Shown: positions 39,201-52,551, counted from the first letter of the whole stretch. The stretch is 62,795 nt of DNA, filler included, from Choristocarpus tenellus KU-1152 (GCA_964200185.2; 13 parts of 13 records of this genome joined end to end with filler, not necessarily neighbours in it), one strand, 5' to 3'. Made by a program: numbers and translations. Notes: generated by a model from the sequence alone, not told the origin.

Positions 39201-42200
39201 AGGAAACTGTAGATGGAAGTCTAGATTCCATCGCATTGAACTTGTATGTGATGTTCTTGGACAGAAAGAGCCAAAGTGAACGAGAGGAACTCATGTTTTG
39301 GCCGTTTTGCATTGTAAGCAAGTAAAAGTATCTTAGAGGGTATATTTTTGCTCTGTCAATTTAGGGCTTGGCTTCCCACGTTTTTTTTTAATGACATTCT
39401 ACCTAATCCGAAATGTTTCAGAGTAGGAAAAATGTATACGTTATGAAAAGGTGTGTCTGAACAAGGATGTTGACACTTCCTAACAGACACGATAGCCAGA
39501 ATTACATCAAATTCGCAACATTGGATGTCGGCCCCCAAACGGACGCCACTCTACCCTCTAAGTTACTTTGCCTCCGCCTGTTTTTCAATATTTTACAGAA
39601 GTTTGACTTGAGAGCGTTTATGTCTCTATAGTTTGAGACCCCTTCGACACAATTCAGAAAATATCCTGTGCACACACTTGCCGGTATTTTTGCAATGCAA
39701 TTCTGGGTACCTCTCTTTTGCTTTGACTCAAAATGTAGCCAATCTAAGAGTGTATTCCCCAAGATGGGGCAATGAGGGATACAAGTGGGTTCAAAATTTG
39801 CTGAAACACCAGATGTGACATGCTGCAAGCTTGGAAATACTGCAAAACCTTGCCTGAAAGTCGAGGACGTGAATTTTGTACCCATCCCCCAGGTGGCGTT
39901 GCATCCACTCAATGCCAAACTCATTTGTCACCTGGCTCCTGAGGAGGTGGAAACTTTTGTGAGAAATTTGATGTATGGAAGCGTTATTTCGATTCAACCT
40001 GAGATATGGACAAAAACACACATACACATGCATGCACAGACACACACACCTCTGACAGAAGATGTCCCGACCCATCCTAGTAAACTCGGCTGCATCGAAG
40101 ACAGGCTCATACTCGGTGGTAACAAACTTGCCATCTCCTTCCTGTAGCGCATGAGAAGCCAAGATAAAGCCTTCGTGAGAAGCATGGACTTGAGTGATGT
40201 GAGTGATGTGTCCAATCGAGGAAACTTTGAATCCATCTATGTCCTTTTGACCAAAAATATGTTCTTGTGCTGAAGACAGGACACACACCTCTCTGGGGCA
40301 GGTTAGTGTTTTGATGACTGGGGCTGTGGGCTCCCTTTTGTCTGGTATTTCTATACTTTACTAGGTCAAAATCAGAATTAGTTCAACGCTACTTGTAGAT
40401 ATTTCACAAGGAAGAAACAGTCAGGGCATTTAACTCTTGGGCAGACTAGAGGGCATATTAGGGGTAGCCTCCTATAACAATTACTCTCTCACCTAAATGC
40501 CATCTTATCCCACTTTGCAAATTTACCATGAGTGCTGTATCCTCAACTACATTGAAACCACATCTACTACTATTAATACAAGGCACCCTGTTGTGCTCCT
40601 TACATTACCTTCCAGAACTCTTCAGGGACATAGAGTTCGTCTGACATCTCGGGCTTTGGAGCTGCAGTCCATCCTCCGCCCTGTTGGAAGTAGCTCTTGA
40701 TCAAGGAGCGGAAGGGTCGATACTCAAAGAAGCGGGAGCGCCACGCCATAGGAGCCTCAATTATTTCATTGCCCATCTAGAGTAGAGGTGAAAAATATTC
40801 AGATATTGGTGGATCAGGTGGGATTGGAGTTAGGCAGCGCCGCGGAAAATGATGTTGGCAGTATGTAACAACTAATTCCATCATGGTGTACAACCTTCAG
40901 TCATAAGATGAGGGAAGATTCCAGATCTCAGCATATCTTGACATTCCAATGTTATCAATCGCACTAACTACTGTAAGTGTGAACCTTGCGTTTCACCCTC
41001 CAACACTCAAGTTGAGGGAGAAAAGTTCAGAACTATACCCATCTATCGAACTACTTATTCTCCTGCAGTAGTCGTTTACTGTGGGTACCTTCTCATACGA
41101 TGAGGCATCTTCTTGCAGTACACACACCAATATCAGTAAGGTCATCTCACCACTATTAGCACATCCCTCGGCATGGCAGCATAAAGTTGTGTCTTGACAT
41201 CAAAGTCGGGAGTGCAGGTGGGCCGATCGAAATCCCCTTTTCGAACTTCAGGCCGGCGGACAGTGACACCTTCCACCTCAAGTATGTGAGCGAAATTGTC
41301 GAGCTCTTCAGCAGCTGTGGGAAGGAAACAAGATACCGGAAGGGGAGGCTAGGGATAAGACATTATAAGCCTGTGGGCTGATGTCTCGTGCATCCCTTAC
41401 TGTCTCTCGCTCGGTGATTGTCACCTAATTGACTGATTTCCTGACTTGTTCTTGTTGACTGTCAATGGGTGACTTGTCATCATCATGTTCTCCAAACGTT
41501 TACTTTTTGGTGCGAGCTTGGTGGTGGGAACTGCCTACACTTTGCTCAAGTGCGGTTCTTGAAATAGCAATATCAAAAGAGCACAGTCTCCATGGAGGCT
41601 TTTGGGTTTCAACTGATGGACAACTCATCACTCTATTACGTTGGTTCGGCAAGATTGGTTGAGGCAGTAGTAAGTAGGGGCGTCCTACAGGACTGACTCT
41701 CAGCTGTGCATATTGCCACATTGTCCACAGCGTTGCGTTCAACCATGGCCACTGTTTGATCGACAAGACCACGGTTTTTCTGACACTGATGCTCTGAAGG
41801 TCATGTACACCTGTTGCCTCCAACTCAAAATTTATTGTTGAGGGGGGAACTTGAGGGTTCTAATACCTGACCTCGGGGATTGAGGGAATTTCTGTGTTGT
41901 CTACCTCGTTTCGTAGAGAGGAGTTGGGAACTGTGCATCTATCCCTCATCATCAGTGGGAATGTACCGAGTAATGGACCCTTCGTGACCAGTGATAACGG
42001 GTAATGATCTTATGGCATATTATGGGCAAAGCATAGCCTATCCCCGTAAGTGTCTCCTAGTGCTAATAGTGGTGTTGTGTTGACGAACGACTTCCCTCGC
42101 TCACCACCTACTACATACTATGATGCTATCTCTACTCGAATATCAAACCCCACCCTCTACCCTGCTTTCACAATACTCCATCCTTTCCCCCACACCACGT

Positions 42201-42732
42201 TGCCCTTCAGGCAGTAAACAATACTTGCCCGTCATACTATACATCATGACACGACTCTCCTCAAATACGAAGCTCTAGAGACCCCACTCTTCCTGCTCAA
42301 AATCACACTCCAACCGCCACTCTGATTCTCACCTTTTTTAATGAGTTCTGAGGGGAAGGGTTGACCATACTTTGTCTTGTACATATTCCAGTGCTTCGGG
42401 GGCCACACTGCCTTACCCGAGACGTGCCACTCGGGTATAGTCGCCCCTTCCACACAGCCAACGATTATTTCCTCTAGGGGATCCCATTCGTTGTGGGAGT
42501 TTACGACACAGTTGGGATTAATGTTCACGTCTGGAGGGAAGTAGGAGTCATTTTTCCAGTGGGGAAAGCCTGCTTCCATTTCCATAGCCGACTTTTTCTT
42601 TCGCGCCGTATGCTGAAATGCAGAAGATAGAGTTCGAGTTGAGGAGGAGGTTGCTGGTCTTGTGGTCAATTTCTTTGGCAATGATGCACATGCGAGCCGC
42701 CATAGGAACCGCTTCCTCGCGATGGACTGCAT
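36246..42732 (-). CDS. GATM: L-arginine:glycine amidinotransferase-like enzyme (amidinotransferase family), complete, 8 exons, 446 aa, probable mitochondrial presequence
   Basis: Exons 42732-42333, 41314-41151, 40776-40609, 40141-40050, 39938-39854, 37174-37046, 36703-36497 and 36341-36246 splice into a 1341-nt ORF. Motifs: [83 protein letters not shown] and [13 protein letters not shown]. The Asp-His-Cys triad is intact. The symbol marks family likeness, not a proven substrate. Confidence 0.93.
39320..39574. mobile_element. MITE family B inside an amidinotransferase intron
   Basis: AAGTAAAAGTATCTTAGAGGG...CCCTCTAAGTTACTTTGCCTC; no clear TSD. Confidence 0.85.
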
Positions 42733-43686
42733 CCCGACGGTACGTATACAGTTCCACTGGAATTTTAGACAGGAAGTGGGGCAAATCTCTTGCGCCCGTG
42801 AAGCGAAATACGACAGGCCCTCTTGAAGTTATGTTAGGCTGTTGTATTAACCTACTATTTCACGGTTACGCCACAATGACATGTTCTGTTTCATTTCTGT
42901 TCGTGTTCGTACTCGCGCACCTTGCTCGTGCAGCTACGCGCCCTGTCCTGAGGTTGACTTGGCCATTCATCTCTGTCATCTTCACTCTCCTTCATCCTGA
43001 TCCTGTTTTTCGTCACCTTATTACTGTCCCCCATCAAACGACACAGTGGTTGTTGTTCCCATTCACTTCCAGAGATCCAACCCAATATTGATAATATTAT
43101 GATCATAAATATTGTGGAGAGGAAGTAGAGTTTTGAAGAGTGATCCATCTCTACTATTATTGTAGTTATTATAGTGTAGTAACAATTCTCCACTAATTTC
43201 AACATGAATATACTACACATCTGCAAAATGTCAGAGGCGTAATAATAAAATATACTATCCACTTCTCCTCTCCGCACATTATTTTACGATGTCTTCAACT
43301 TACCATTTTTTTCCGTTTTGGTGCTCATTTTTTTCAAACAGGCAGGCAACCACAAACGACAGGTGATGTAATATTTTTTTGGTAAGTCATCCCTCAGTGT
43401 GGAAAGCATGTTTGTCTGTTATTATACCGTTATTTCCGTATGTAATATACCGTTATACAGTTGTACCGATTGAGGTTCCTTGTCAAACATCCATGATTCC
43501 ACTGGCGGACCTTCTGTCAGAATGAAACCATGGAATCTCTTCACGAGACCAATCCCACAGACTTGGGACAGCTCGTCATTCAGAGTNNNNNNNNNNNNNN
43601 NNNNNNNNNNNNNNNNNNNNNNNNNNNNNNTTAATTAATTAANNNNNNNNNNNNNNNNNNNNNNNNNNNNNNNNNNNNNNNNNNNN

Positions 43687-44063
43687 TTCTCAAGACCCCT
43701 GATTCGCTGTCCCCTCCCATATACCTATCGTCATCCTCGTTACCCAAGCTTTCATTGTCTGACTGGTACAAGAATTTCTCGAGCAGCTGGTCTTTCATGC
43801 GCTGAGAGCCAAGTCAGCTTTTCTTTCCGGAGATGGTACGAAACATCGTTCGTGCTGCACTCTTTGATTGTTGTTTCTAGCTTGCAAACTCGTCAGCTAC
43901 TTGAGAGTTCGGCGGTGGAGGAATCGAAAACACCGAAGAGGCTGCTCCTTTTCTCAAGACCCCTGATTCGCTGTCCCCTCCCATATACCTATCGTCATCC
44001 TCGTTACCCAAGCTTTCATTGTCTGACTGGTACAAGAATTTCTCGAGCAGCTGGTCTTTCATG
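43687..44063. repeat. Exact 113-bp direct duplication (period 264 bp), truncated by the contig edge
   Basis: 43687-43799 equals 43951-44063. Confidence 0.92.
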
Positions 44064-44620
44064 TCCTCTAGTGTCGCATTAGTCACTTCATCGTTGTCTT
44101 TCACACCAATCCACGCTCTTGCTGCGTTGAAGGAAACCTGAGACAAGATTCTGCCGGGTTTGAGGTGTTGAGCGTCAAGAACGTTAGAAAGATCCTCATT
44201 AATATATAGGGACACCTTGTGTGGGACGTTACCTCTACGGAAAAAAAGTTTACCTGTGATACTACAGAATACGGTGCAGATATTAAAGTACAACAGAAAC
44301 AAGCGCAAAATTTCAAAAAAATAAATGATGATCCTCATCAGCAGACAGTGCTTAAAGACAATTCAATCACGACTACAATCAACCTCTTTTCAGAATTTCA
44401 ATCCACACGCTATGTTTGGCGCCCCTCGTAGACTTGGCATCAGGCCTTAGCGTCCGTGCTTTCTCCATGATAGTTATTTCTTCCTTCTTCAACTTGTAGA
44501 AGGTGCTTGGACCGATTCCAAACTTTTGAGCAAGCGCAGTTCCTGTCATGGTCTTCAGGAGTTTCAATGCTTCCACCTCTCTGCATTGCCCAAGTGTTTA
44601 CGAATTGTCGGCACTGCGAG
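43687..44620 (-). mobile_element. pogo/Tigger-like (CENP-B type) transposase remnant, internally deleted
   Basis: RKHLGNAE/VEALKLLKTMTGTALAQKFGIGPSTFYKLKK resembles the psq/CENP-B N-terminal HTH, followed by an acidic C-terminal piece. No DDE core seen. A Tigger-like end (CAGTTGGTGTACCTATATAAGAGAG on the minus strand) lies near 45637. Confidence 0.55.
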
Positions 44621-47436
44621 GCTTGAAGGATAAGACTTTTCCGTAGATATATTTGGTAGCACTTTCTGTTGAACTATCCCACACTGGATCCGCGGCTTTT
44701 ATGGTGCTTTAATGAAGGACAAAGAACAGCTTGATGTAGATGAGTAAAGTTAATATTACAAGGGCCTTTATGGTCTCGATTCCGCTGGCTGAGCTCGTGG
44801 GTGAGACTCTAGCCTTAACTACTATCATTACTCTATAGTGTGGGTTTTGTAATCGTCCACACTATTTTACTATGAATTACTTATTTTCTTATCTTAAGTA
44901 TAGGAAGTGTATCTTGAACAGGATATAACCAATCAACACTATAAGTCAGTATATATAATATATCTGTCACTGGCTCTCCATCCTATTATCTAATCCACCG
45001 GTGGTGTCTACGTGTATCAGCAGCACTATCTACGAACACCTTCCCCCTGCCTTGTTCTTGTTATCATGGTGCTTTGACGCCGTGTTGTCACTGAGTGGAG
45101 GACTCGAAGCCTTGTGCTTGGTGGGGCTCACGCACAATTTGTACACGCGTTTCATTTCGCTGGCACCAAAAAGGGTCCGCAACACCGCAAATGCCATGAA
45201 GATAGCTGCTACAATGCGACACTTATGGCATGTATATTGTGGTGGACCAGGAGTATTACCCTTCATGTTGCAGCTGAATCCCGCTGCGCAGGGCATTGTT
45301 GTATCTGTACACTGCAGTCGTCTAACACTTGATGTGATATACTGTATGTACTCTACTGTGCAGCACAGAGAGACAAAAGACTGTTATGTTGCGTACTGCT
45401 TGTGTTGATGGACTTTGTGCCTTACTCTGATATATTTTGCTGAATTTTAGACATGACTTTTTGTGAAAACCCTCGGTCAAGTAGTGAAAAAAGGCAAGTT
45501 TGCTGGAAATAAGAGAAAATTGGCAGGAAAACGCCAAAACCTCTCTTATAGCCTGAAAAGTCGTGATAAGGCAATATTCCCTCTCTTACATCCCTTTTTC
45601 TCTATTATCGACCTCTCTTATATAGGTACACCAACTGCCCTCCATTTTGGTGAATAATAAAATAAAATACCCACTCACAATTAGCAACAAAGAACATAAA
45701 ATATATATTTTTTCCCACACACCCACCATCAACAACACAAAAAAGCAATAGAATTCATACCACCACCAGTACTAAGAGAGTATATCCGTGACCAGACCCC
45801 ATTCCCAACCCAAACAGCAATAATAGAAACAGAAGGTGCCATACGCACCTGTATTCGTTGACTATGGCCAAGTGGCTTTCGTGTCGTGAACTACGTACGA
45901 CTACGTAATCGGCGTCGTTATTTTTGAATCTATGTAGTATTGTGCCAAATGTTAGCAAGTGCTTGACTGTTCCCTGCGCATACGCTTGCATGCCTTGTGT
46001 GTTCGCTTGATTTTTCTGGACCCACTCTTCAGATGGGATGCTATGAAGCAGCAAGGTCATCTTGGAAGTACCACCACAAACCATCTTTTCTCCGACCGTC
46101 ACACATCGTCTCTTTCTGTTTCTCGACAGCAGGCTTCCCCAGATATTAACTTCTTCCCCAAGCAACCATCGTCAATCAAGAGCGTCACAATAAAAACTAC
46201 TGCAAACAGTAGCATCCATTTCCTGTTGCTTGGAATAATTGTCACGTCTATACTCTCCGGCTTGGATCCTTCTCGTATATAGCAGGTGATTCCTACAAAC
46301 TTCAGTTTACCCAGGAAGTTGATAGAGTTGGATACGAAGTAGCAGGCAGTGTTGTGTGGTACACCAGAATCTTGAATATGGATACTTCGACATGAAGAAT
46401 CCGCATCTTCAGGTCTAGAAGTTGTTATGTAATTTCTCCTCATCTCCATAATTTTTCCTCAACGATTTCGAAACTCCTGGGCATCATCCCAGATTTGGGG
46501 TCTCGTATATAACAACTCTAAAAAAAGTAGATTAATATATATAGTGGTTGTTGGCATCTCTGATGATATATGTGACAGAACATAAAAATATACGGTAGTT
46601 GTTTCCATAAGTGTAGTTATGTTCCAATTATTACATCATATATATTATTATGCCCTCTGACATTTTGCAGATGTGTCAGGGGGAAACCAATGAAAACTAT
46701 ATACATATGTGNNNNNNNNNNACAATGCGTGGAAACCACAAATCAGGTACTTCAGCACTATCAAATATTGTACTACTGTATATCGTCTTTTTTTACAGTT
46801 TTTGTTGTGGTAATAATATTTTTCCTTTCTCATATCACAATATCCTTGTAACATACATAATACATGTAGTCACCACACCACCCTTAATAACATCAAGTCG
46901 TATGTTGTAGAAAATGGTCCTACTGTATTGTCGATACTATTTGTCAATACTGTCGTACTTTTTCTATGTTTAAATAGAATTGAGTATGTAATGAAACCTG
47001 TGTACCATGCATCATTACTACAGTAACAAGTTTGAAACCTAACCCAGCCACCGCAAAATTGGGGGTGACAACATTGTTGGGAATATTTATATTTGACGTT
47101 TTAGTGGAATACTCTATTATACTTGTACGTACTATTACATATATGATCATATGATAGAGACGATCAATCCTCAACTCACACAACACTATAATATTGAATA
47201 AAGACCAAAAACCGTTGACAATTTCTACTCGGGTACTCAATCGAAACTTCTTAACGGACACGCTCGGGGCCCCATATTTAATATAGCAACAATCGGGGCT
47301 GGCAGGACACCCCTATCCAAGCCACACCCCACAAGCAGACACCCTCTTGTCACTCTGGATCGAAGCGACAACCGTAAGCACCGACTGTGCCAATTCACGA
47401 ACAACATTGCACCTGCCCTGCGCTTGTGTGTGGAGA

Positions 47437-49752
47437 ATGGACCCCTCATGCTCTTCTCGTACCCAGGTCACTGAGGACGAGGCCTTCGCCAAGTCCGTGC
47501 AAGGCACGGATGGCAAGGCCTCGCGAGAGGAAAAGATCAGCATCAATGCTAGGAAACCGGACAATACCAAGTGCAGTTGTTGTGGTGAGTGTGGATGCAG
47601 TTGGTCCAATGCACTCTCCAACACCTACTAGAGCAACCCTCCACACTCAAAAGGAAACATCCTCAAAATCACCACCTTCAACGAAACACTCGCTGATTTC
47701 CTCTCACGTGTCGTTCTCCGTGCCTCCTCCTTTCCGTAATGGCAGCAACCAAATTCAACATATTTAATCACAGGCATATCTGTCAAAAATGCAAGCGGGG
47801 TGTCTGCAACAAGTGCAGCCTCGCCAAGAAGGTGAAGCCGTACTCTCTCCATGAGTCTCGATAGTCAAGTATTTCTTTCGAAATTCATCTCCTGGTCAAC
47901 TTGGGTGCCACTCATTCTTGCAGGTACTTAAAAGCTGTTTGCTCGAGAATTGCCCATTCTTGCAAGCAGCCTTACGCAATTCACCTCTAAATGCAAAAGG
48001 ATAACACCTCAAGTCCTTTTTCTATCACCTTCCTCTCGGAAACAGGTTCTTCTTGCTTATCGTCAACCTAAGCGTGTCTGTGATACTTGCGTGAGCAGAT
48101 TCTCAGCACCAGCGCCTGTCGCAGAATGTGCCACCACCGCTGAAACAAAACCGAGCAAGATCTCTCTTGTGATCAGTGCACCAGATTGTTCCAGTGTGTG
48201 TGGAGATGGCCCCAGCACAGCATCCCTGACTCCGATGTCTGACATGTCGGCAACTCCCCCGTCTCCGACCACTCCATTGCTTCAATTTTCACCAAGGCCA
48301 AAGAGTATTCCTCGGGATAACTTCTTTGGAGAAGAGGTTTTCATGTCGAACGGCAACAACGGAAAGGAGTGTTTGGGCTTGGATACGTACATCGTCGGTG
48401 TGAGTGACAAGGAGTGCTCTGCTCCGTTGCAAGGAACCACAAGTACAGAGATTTTCGAGGAGGTGAAAGTGAACGAGAAAACTCCGGGAAATACATCCAT
48501 GACTGAGGCCTCCTCGCTACTAGAGGAAGGTCCCTCCACTAGGTCGCGCTCGCACACTCGGTCTCGCTCGTACACAGCTGTGGACCTGGAAGCCTTACTC
48601 AGAGACGGAGAAAGTGATAACCCCGTATGGGGAGACGACGATTGGGCAACTCTACCTCAAAGTACTAGTATGGAAGAGGATGAACTTGAAATACCGTATT
48701 CTTCTAAAGAGTGCACCTCTATGCGACCCCGCTCCTCGACGGCTGATACTAGCTGGGAAGTTGTATTGGAGGCAGTTCTCTCTGCAGATCCTGAAAGGGA
48801 CAATGAGGAGGTTCTTTCTTCCTCAGGAAATTCTGATGAGAAAGAGGGTTGTCCTTCCCACACTAGGATGGTCACATTCTCTCCTGATGTTGAGATCTTC
48901 GGCGGCGACGATAGCGAAGATAATACGTTTAACGTCAGCATGACGTCAGGTTTGGACACGGTACAGGAGGATATGTTGAAGGAGGTTGCCAAGAAAACCC
49001 CTTACACACGGCCCCGTTTGCCATCAGCTGTGGCATGGAGTGCGTTCTTTGATGATAAGTGCGTTGAGGAGGTGGCCTGTGCTGAACAAGAGAAGGAAAA
49101 GGTGCCTCCCGTACAAACTAGCAGGGAGGAAGATCCACTAGAAGTCCCTTCGACATTGGAGGAGACTTCCTCCGTCCCTGAGCTGCTCTTGCCATCAGGT
49201 CCTGTATCGAAGGACTCCATCAGTGACTCAGACCAAGCTAAGGTCATCACTTCAAGGATGTCGGAAGATGAGGGACTCTCTACACAGGTTCTTGGTGGGA
49301 AAGACGAGCCTGAACCCCCCTTGTTCCAGGATGTCCCCTCTTTTTCCGAATCATCCTTACCACCACCTCCTGGATGCAGGGTCAACTTCAATGAGGGACA
49401 TGACCTACGGTTAGTTGCTGTAGAGGGAGAGATGGATGAAATATTCCCTTCAAATACTCAAATGGGGGAAGTTCAACCTGAACCTGAAGCCTCCTTGTTG
49501 ATCCCAAGGTCCTCTTCCTCTGGACTCCTTCCCATATCAGCAGCTGAGACCTGTCTGACCCTCCTAGGTGGAGATGATACTGTGGCGGTGATGAAAAGAG
49601 AGACATCAAGTGATGTGGTGAAGGATACCCTTAAGGAGCCTGCCAGGATACATTTTCTGTGTGGTGTTTTTGGTGCAGGTTTTGTGTCGGCAGGGATATG
49701 TGTTGCTCTGTCCATGTGGGTTGGGCGGCGTTGCACATCTGTAGTACAGTGA
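47437..49752 (+). CDS. FYVE-like zinc-finger protein with a long acidic disordered region and a C-terminal transmembrane segment
   Basis: Exon about 47437-47584 (KPDNTKCSCC), exon 47774-47831 (HICQKCKRGVCNKCSLAKK) and exon 48046-49752 (VLLAYRQPKRVCDTC...IHFLCGVFGAGFVSAGICVALSMWVGRR). Cys spacing fits FYVE. The first junction is not phase-resolved and the true start is uncertain. Confidence 0.75.
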
Positions 49753-52551
49753 ATGCATGAAAATGATGTTTAGTTCTTTTTTGTTACGTGTTGTTGATGT
49801 TCTTGTCTGATAGGATAGTTAGATTGGATTGCTTCATCACCCAGAACAGTGGTGGCAATGGATAGGTGTCAAATATAATAGTGGAGGTCTTCGTTTTTCT
49901 GTTTTGAGCTTTAGGACAGTAGAGCTCACCAGCTCTAATTTTGTTGAGCTTTTATGTGTGAAGGCAATGGCAATTCTGTACGGTCTATATGTGTTGTAAT
50001 TGTTGGAATGATATGTGGGATTGATTGTCTTGATTGAGTCACTGCTGCCTGTGAGATGATATTAAGTGTGACTTACGGATGTGCTCTGTGTGGTTCGTTG
50101 ATTTGATTAGTGTATACAAATTGCATGCTACTGTAGGAGGTAGAGATCGCGAAAATGGGATCTTTCAGGTGTTAAGAAAATGTCATATTATGTGGTAGTA
50201 GCAGAGGTTTGTCACAATGTACTATAACAGTAGGATTGTCTTGCTTACATAGCTAATTCAACTATTACCATCGCATCTAGAATAAACCAAAATGGAGCAT
50301 TTTTCTAGTCGACGTCAGGTTGTCGTTCACTAATGTCCCATCCAGTGTCAATTTAAGGACCCAGGCGCAGTAAAGATGGATGAGCTACTGCAATTATTTT
50401 CTGGATTATATATAGTGATTGTGAAACTCAACTGAAACTGAAACTGAGATTTTTTATGATTCTAGATTCCTGTACATACATCAACGCAGTTTCTACAACA
50501 AGCAACTCTTACGATTCAAGAGAGTCCTATTGGTGCGAGAAAAAATACTTGATTAGCTCCAAATTGATTGTCACCATGAGTTTAGGTCTCACTACTAGGT
50601 GTTGAGGACTGGATTGCAAACCAGACCTTCCACACGACTACCACTGGAGATATCAAAGAAGTTTGTCCCCTTTCCGCCCCTTCGTACAACAGCTTATTCG
50701 AGCCATTGACCAGTCACCACCAATATTCTTCTGGCATCATCATCGTAGCGCACTGCACTTAATGGTAGATACACTTCGGATAACTCTCAGCAAACCTGGT
50801 TTGGTCTTCAATTGTGCTGAGTCATGAGGTCCGTTTGATGCGAACATATCTTGTGGATTTTAAATCCGCTTGTCTTTTGACGTAACAATTTAGACGTTCC
50901 ACCCACACTACATCCAGAAACAAAATGCAGTGCCCTAGGAATTGTCAATGGAAAACGCATACGTTGACGTCCCATTATTGAGGTTTTTGTCGCTTTATTT
51001 GTGAAGCCGAATGATGTATGTATTATTAATCATAAGCAGTCGCTTGAAGAAGTTCGTAGGTGTGTCTTTAGCAGAGTTTTGATTTTACGAGTTGTGGACG
51101 CGAAGAGGGACTTCCCAGAAATGAAAGTATATATAATGACTGGTGAAGTCAATATCCACATTATCCACGGCTTCACGGTTTCCTCGTACACCGATGACAA
51201 CCGCCCATTCCAAATTAAACACTGATGGATGCTGCAATGAGGAGGGAGGGTGATCCATAACATAGGAGATTGGAACACCAGATTCAAAATGTGACTGCCC
51301 ACGAATACCTTACTTGGGTGTAGAAGAGGTACCTTAATCGAAGTGAGATGTAGGTCTCTTGTTACCTGTGACCCTGAGTGTTAGAACATACAATTTACTT
51401 TCATTCTGCTCTGCTTTACATAAATGGTGAAACTATTGCTCATCATGTGTCCTTATCGGGGGTCCCTGTAGACACCCTGCCCCCTCCACTGAGCACGTGA
51501 GCAACACAATAATGCTAGGGACTGGAGATGATGTGTGTCCTTCCTTGTTTGACGACCTTGCTAGCTTTGGGATTCCCCCTACTCCTGATTGATTGACTCC
51601 CTTGAAATAATCTACAGAGTGATGCTGTCAATATTGATGGTAAAAACAAGGTAGCGACCTCCCCTATACCTAATAGGGGACATACATGTCACGATATAAA
51701 AAGGTATCATCAAGCAGGATATGCTGAACATTACAACGAACCGAATGGGATGTGCTTGTTCTGCAACATCCTTCCCCCCTTCCCGCTGAATCTTCTATTG
51801 TTATCGCTCCTTATGAACAGCCAACAGTCTGCGCTGAGTGTGGGTAACAGTATGATCATATCACCTATTAATAGTCCTTATTCATCTTCACGAACATAAC
51901 ATTATAAAGACACAACAGGCACAAATACCACTAGGTAAGAGATTATTGTGAGCAAATTGTTATAGGGTCACATCGTGCAATGCACACATACATATGCCCG
52001 AAAAGTACTTGTCATACTGTTCTTTACAATTTTTTCCTTCATATACATACATACTATGGAGTAGTTGGCACTAGAATGATGTCGTGCTCAAGGTTGCCTA
52101 TACTATACCACCCCCTTTCAAGTCAGCCACCAACCCAAAACGAAACACCGACAGTCAAGGCAAACAATGGTTCATGACTAATTCTCCAATTCTGGGACTG
52201 ATGATCTTTCCGATGACCATAGGGCGTTAGTCTTACACCACAATGAGAGGGATTGGCATTTACGGAGGGCATCTACTTCACCAAGGAATGTGAGCTCTGT
52301 TAAAACATAGGTTACCCTCTTCTTAGCACATAAGTACAGTACAGTACCACCTACTAGTGGTGCCTCTTGATTTGTCCACCTCTACTAGTCTCTTAGCGTG
52401 TAATAAGCTAGATCACACATGTACCCCTCCCTCCGCGCGGTATGTGAGAATCTCTTACGGTTTTAGTATGTGTAACAATGGTACATTTGATCCCTGAAAG
52501 GTTACTTTCTTAGGGACTTTTCTGACATGTGAATAGTTTTCATGTATATTT

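Noticed and set aside
24334-49752. Functional gene cluster linking PP2C, amidinotransferase and FYVE protein, or a toxin (sxt/cyr) cluster
   Set aside because: The genes sit on separate concatenated contigs, and the amidinotransferase contig holds no other biosynthetic gene.
50540-51400. Chromovirus integrase or chromodomain remnant
   Set aside because: The resemblance (IHIIHGFTVS, EYLTW) is too weak and riddled with stops.
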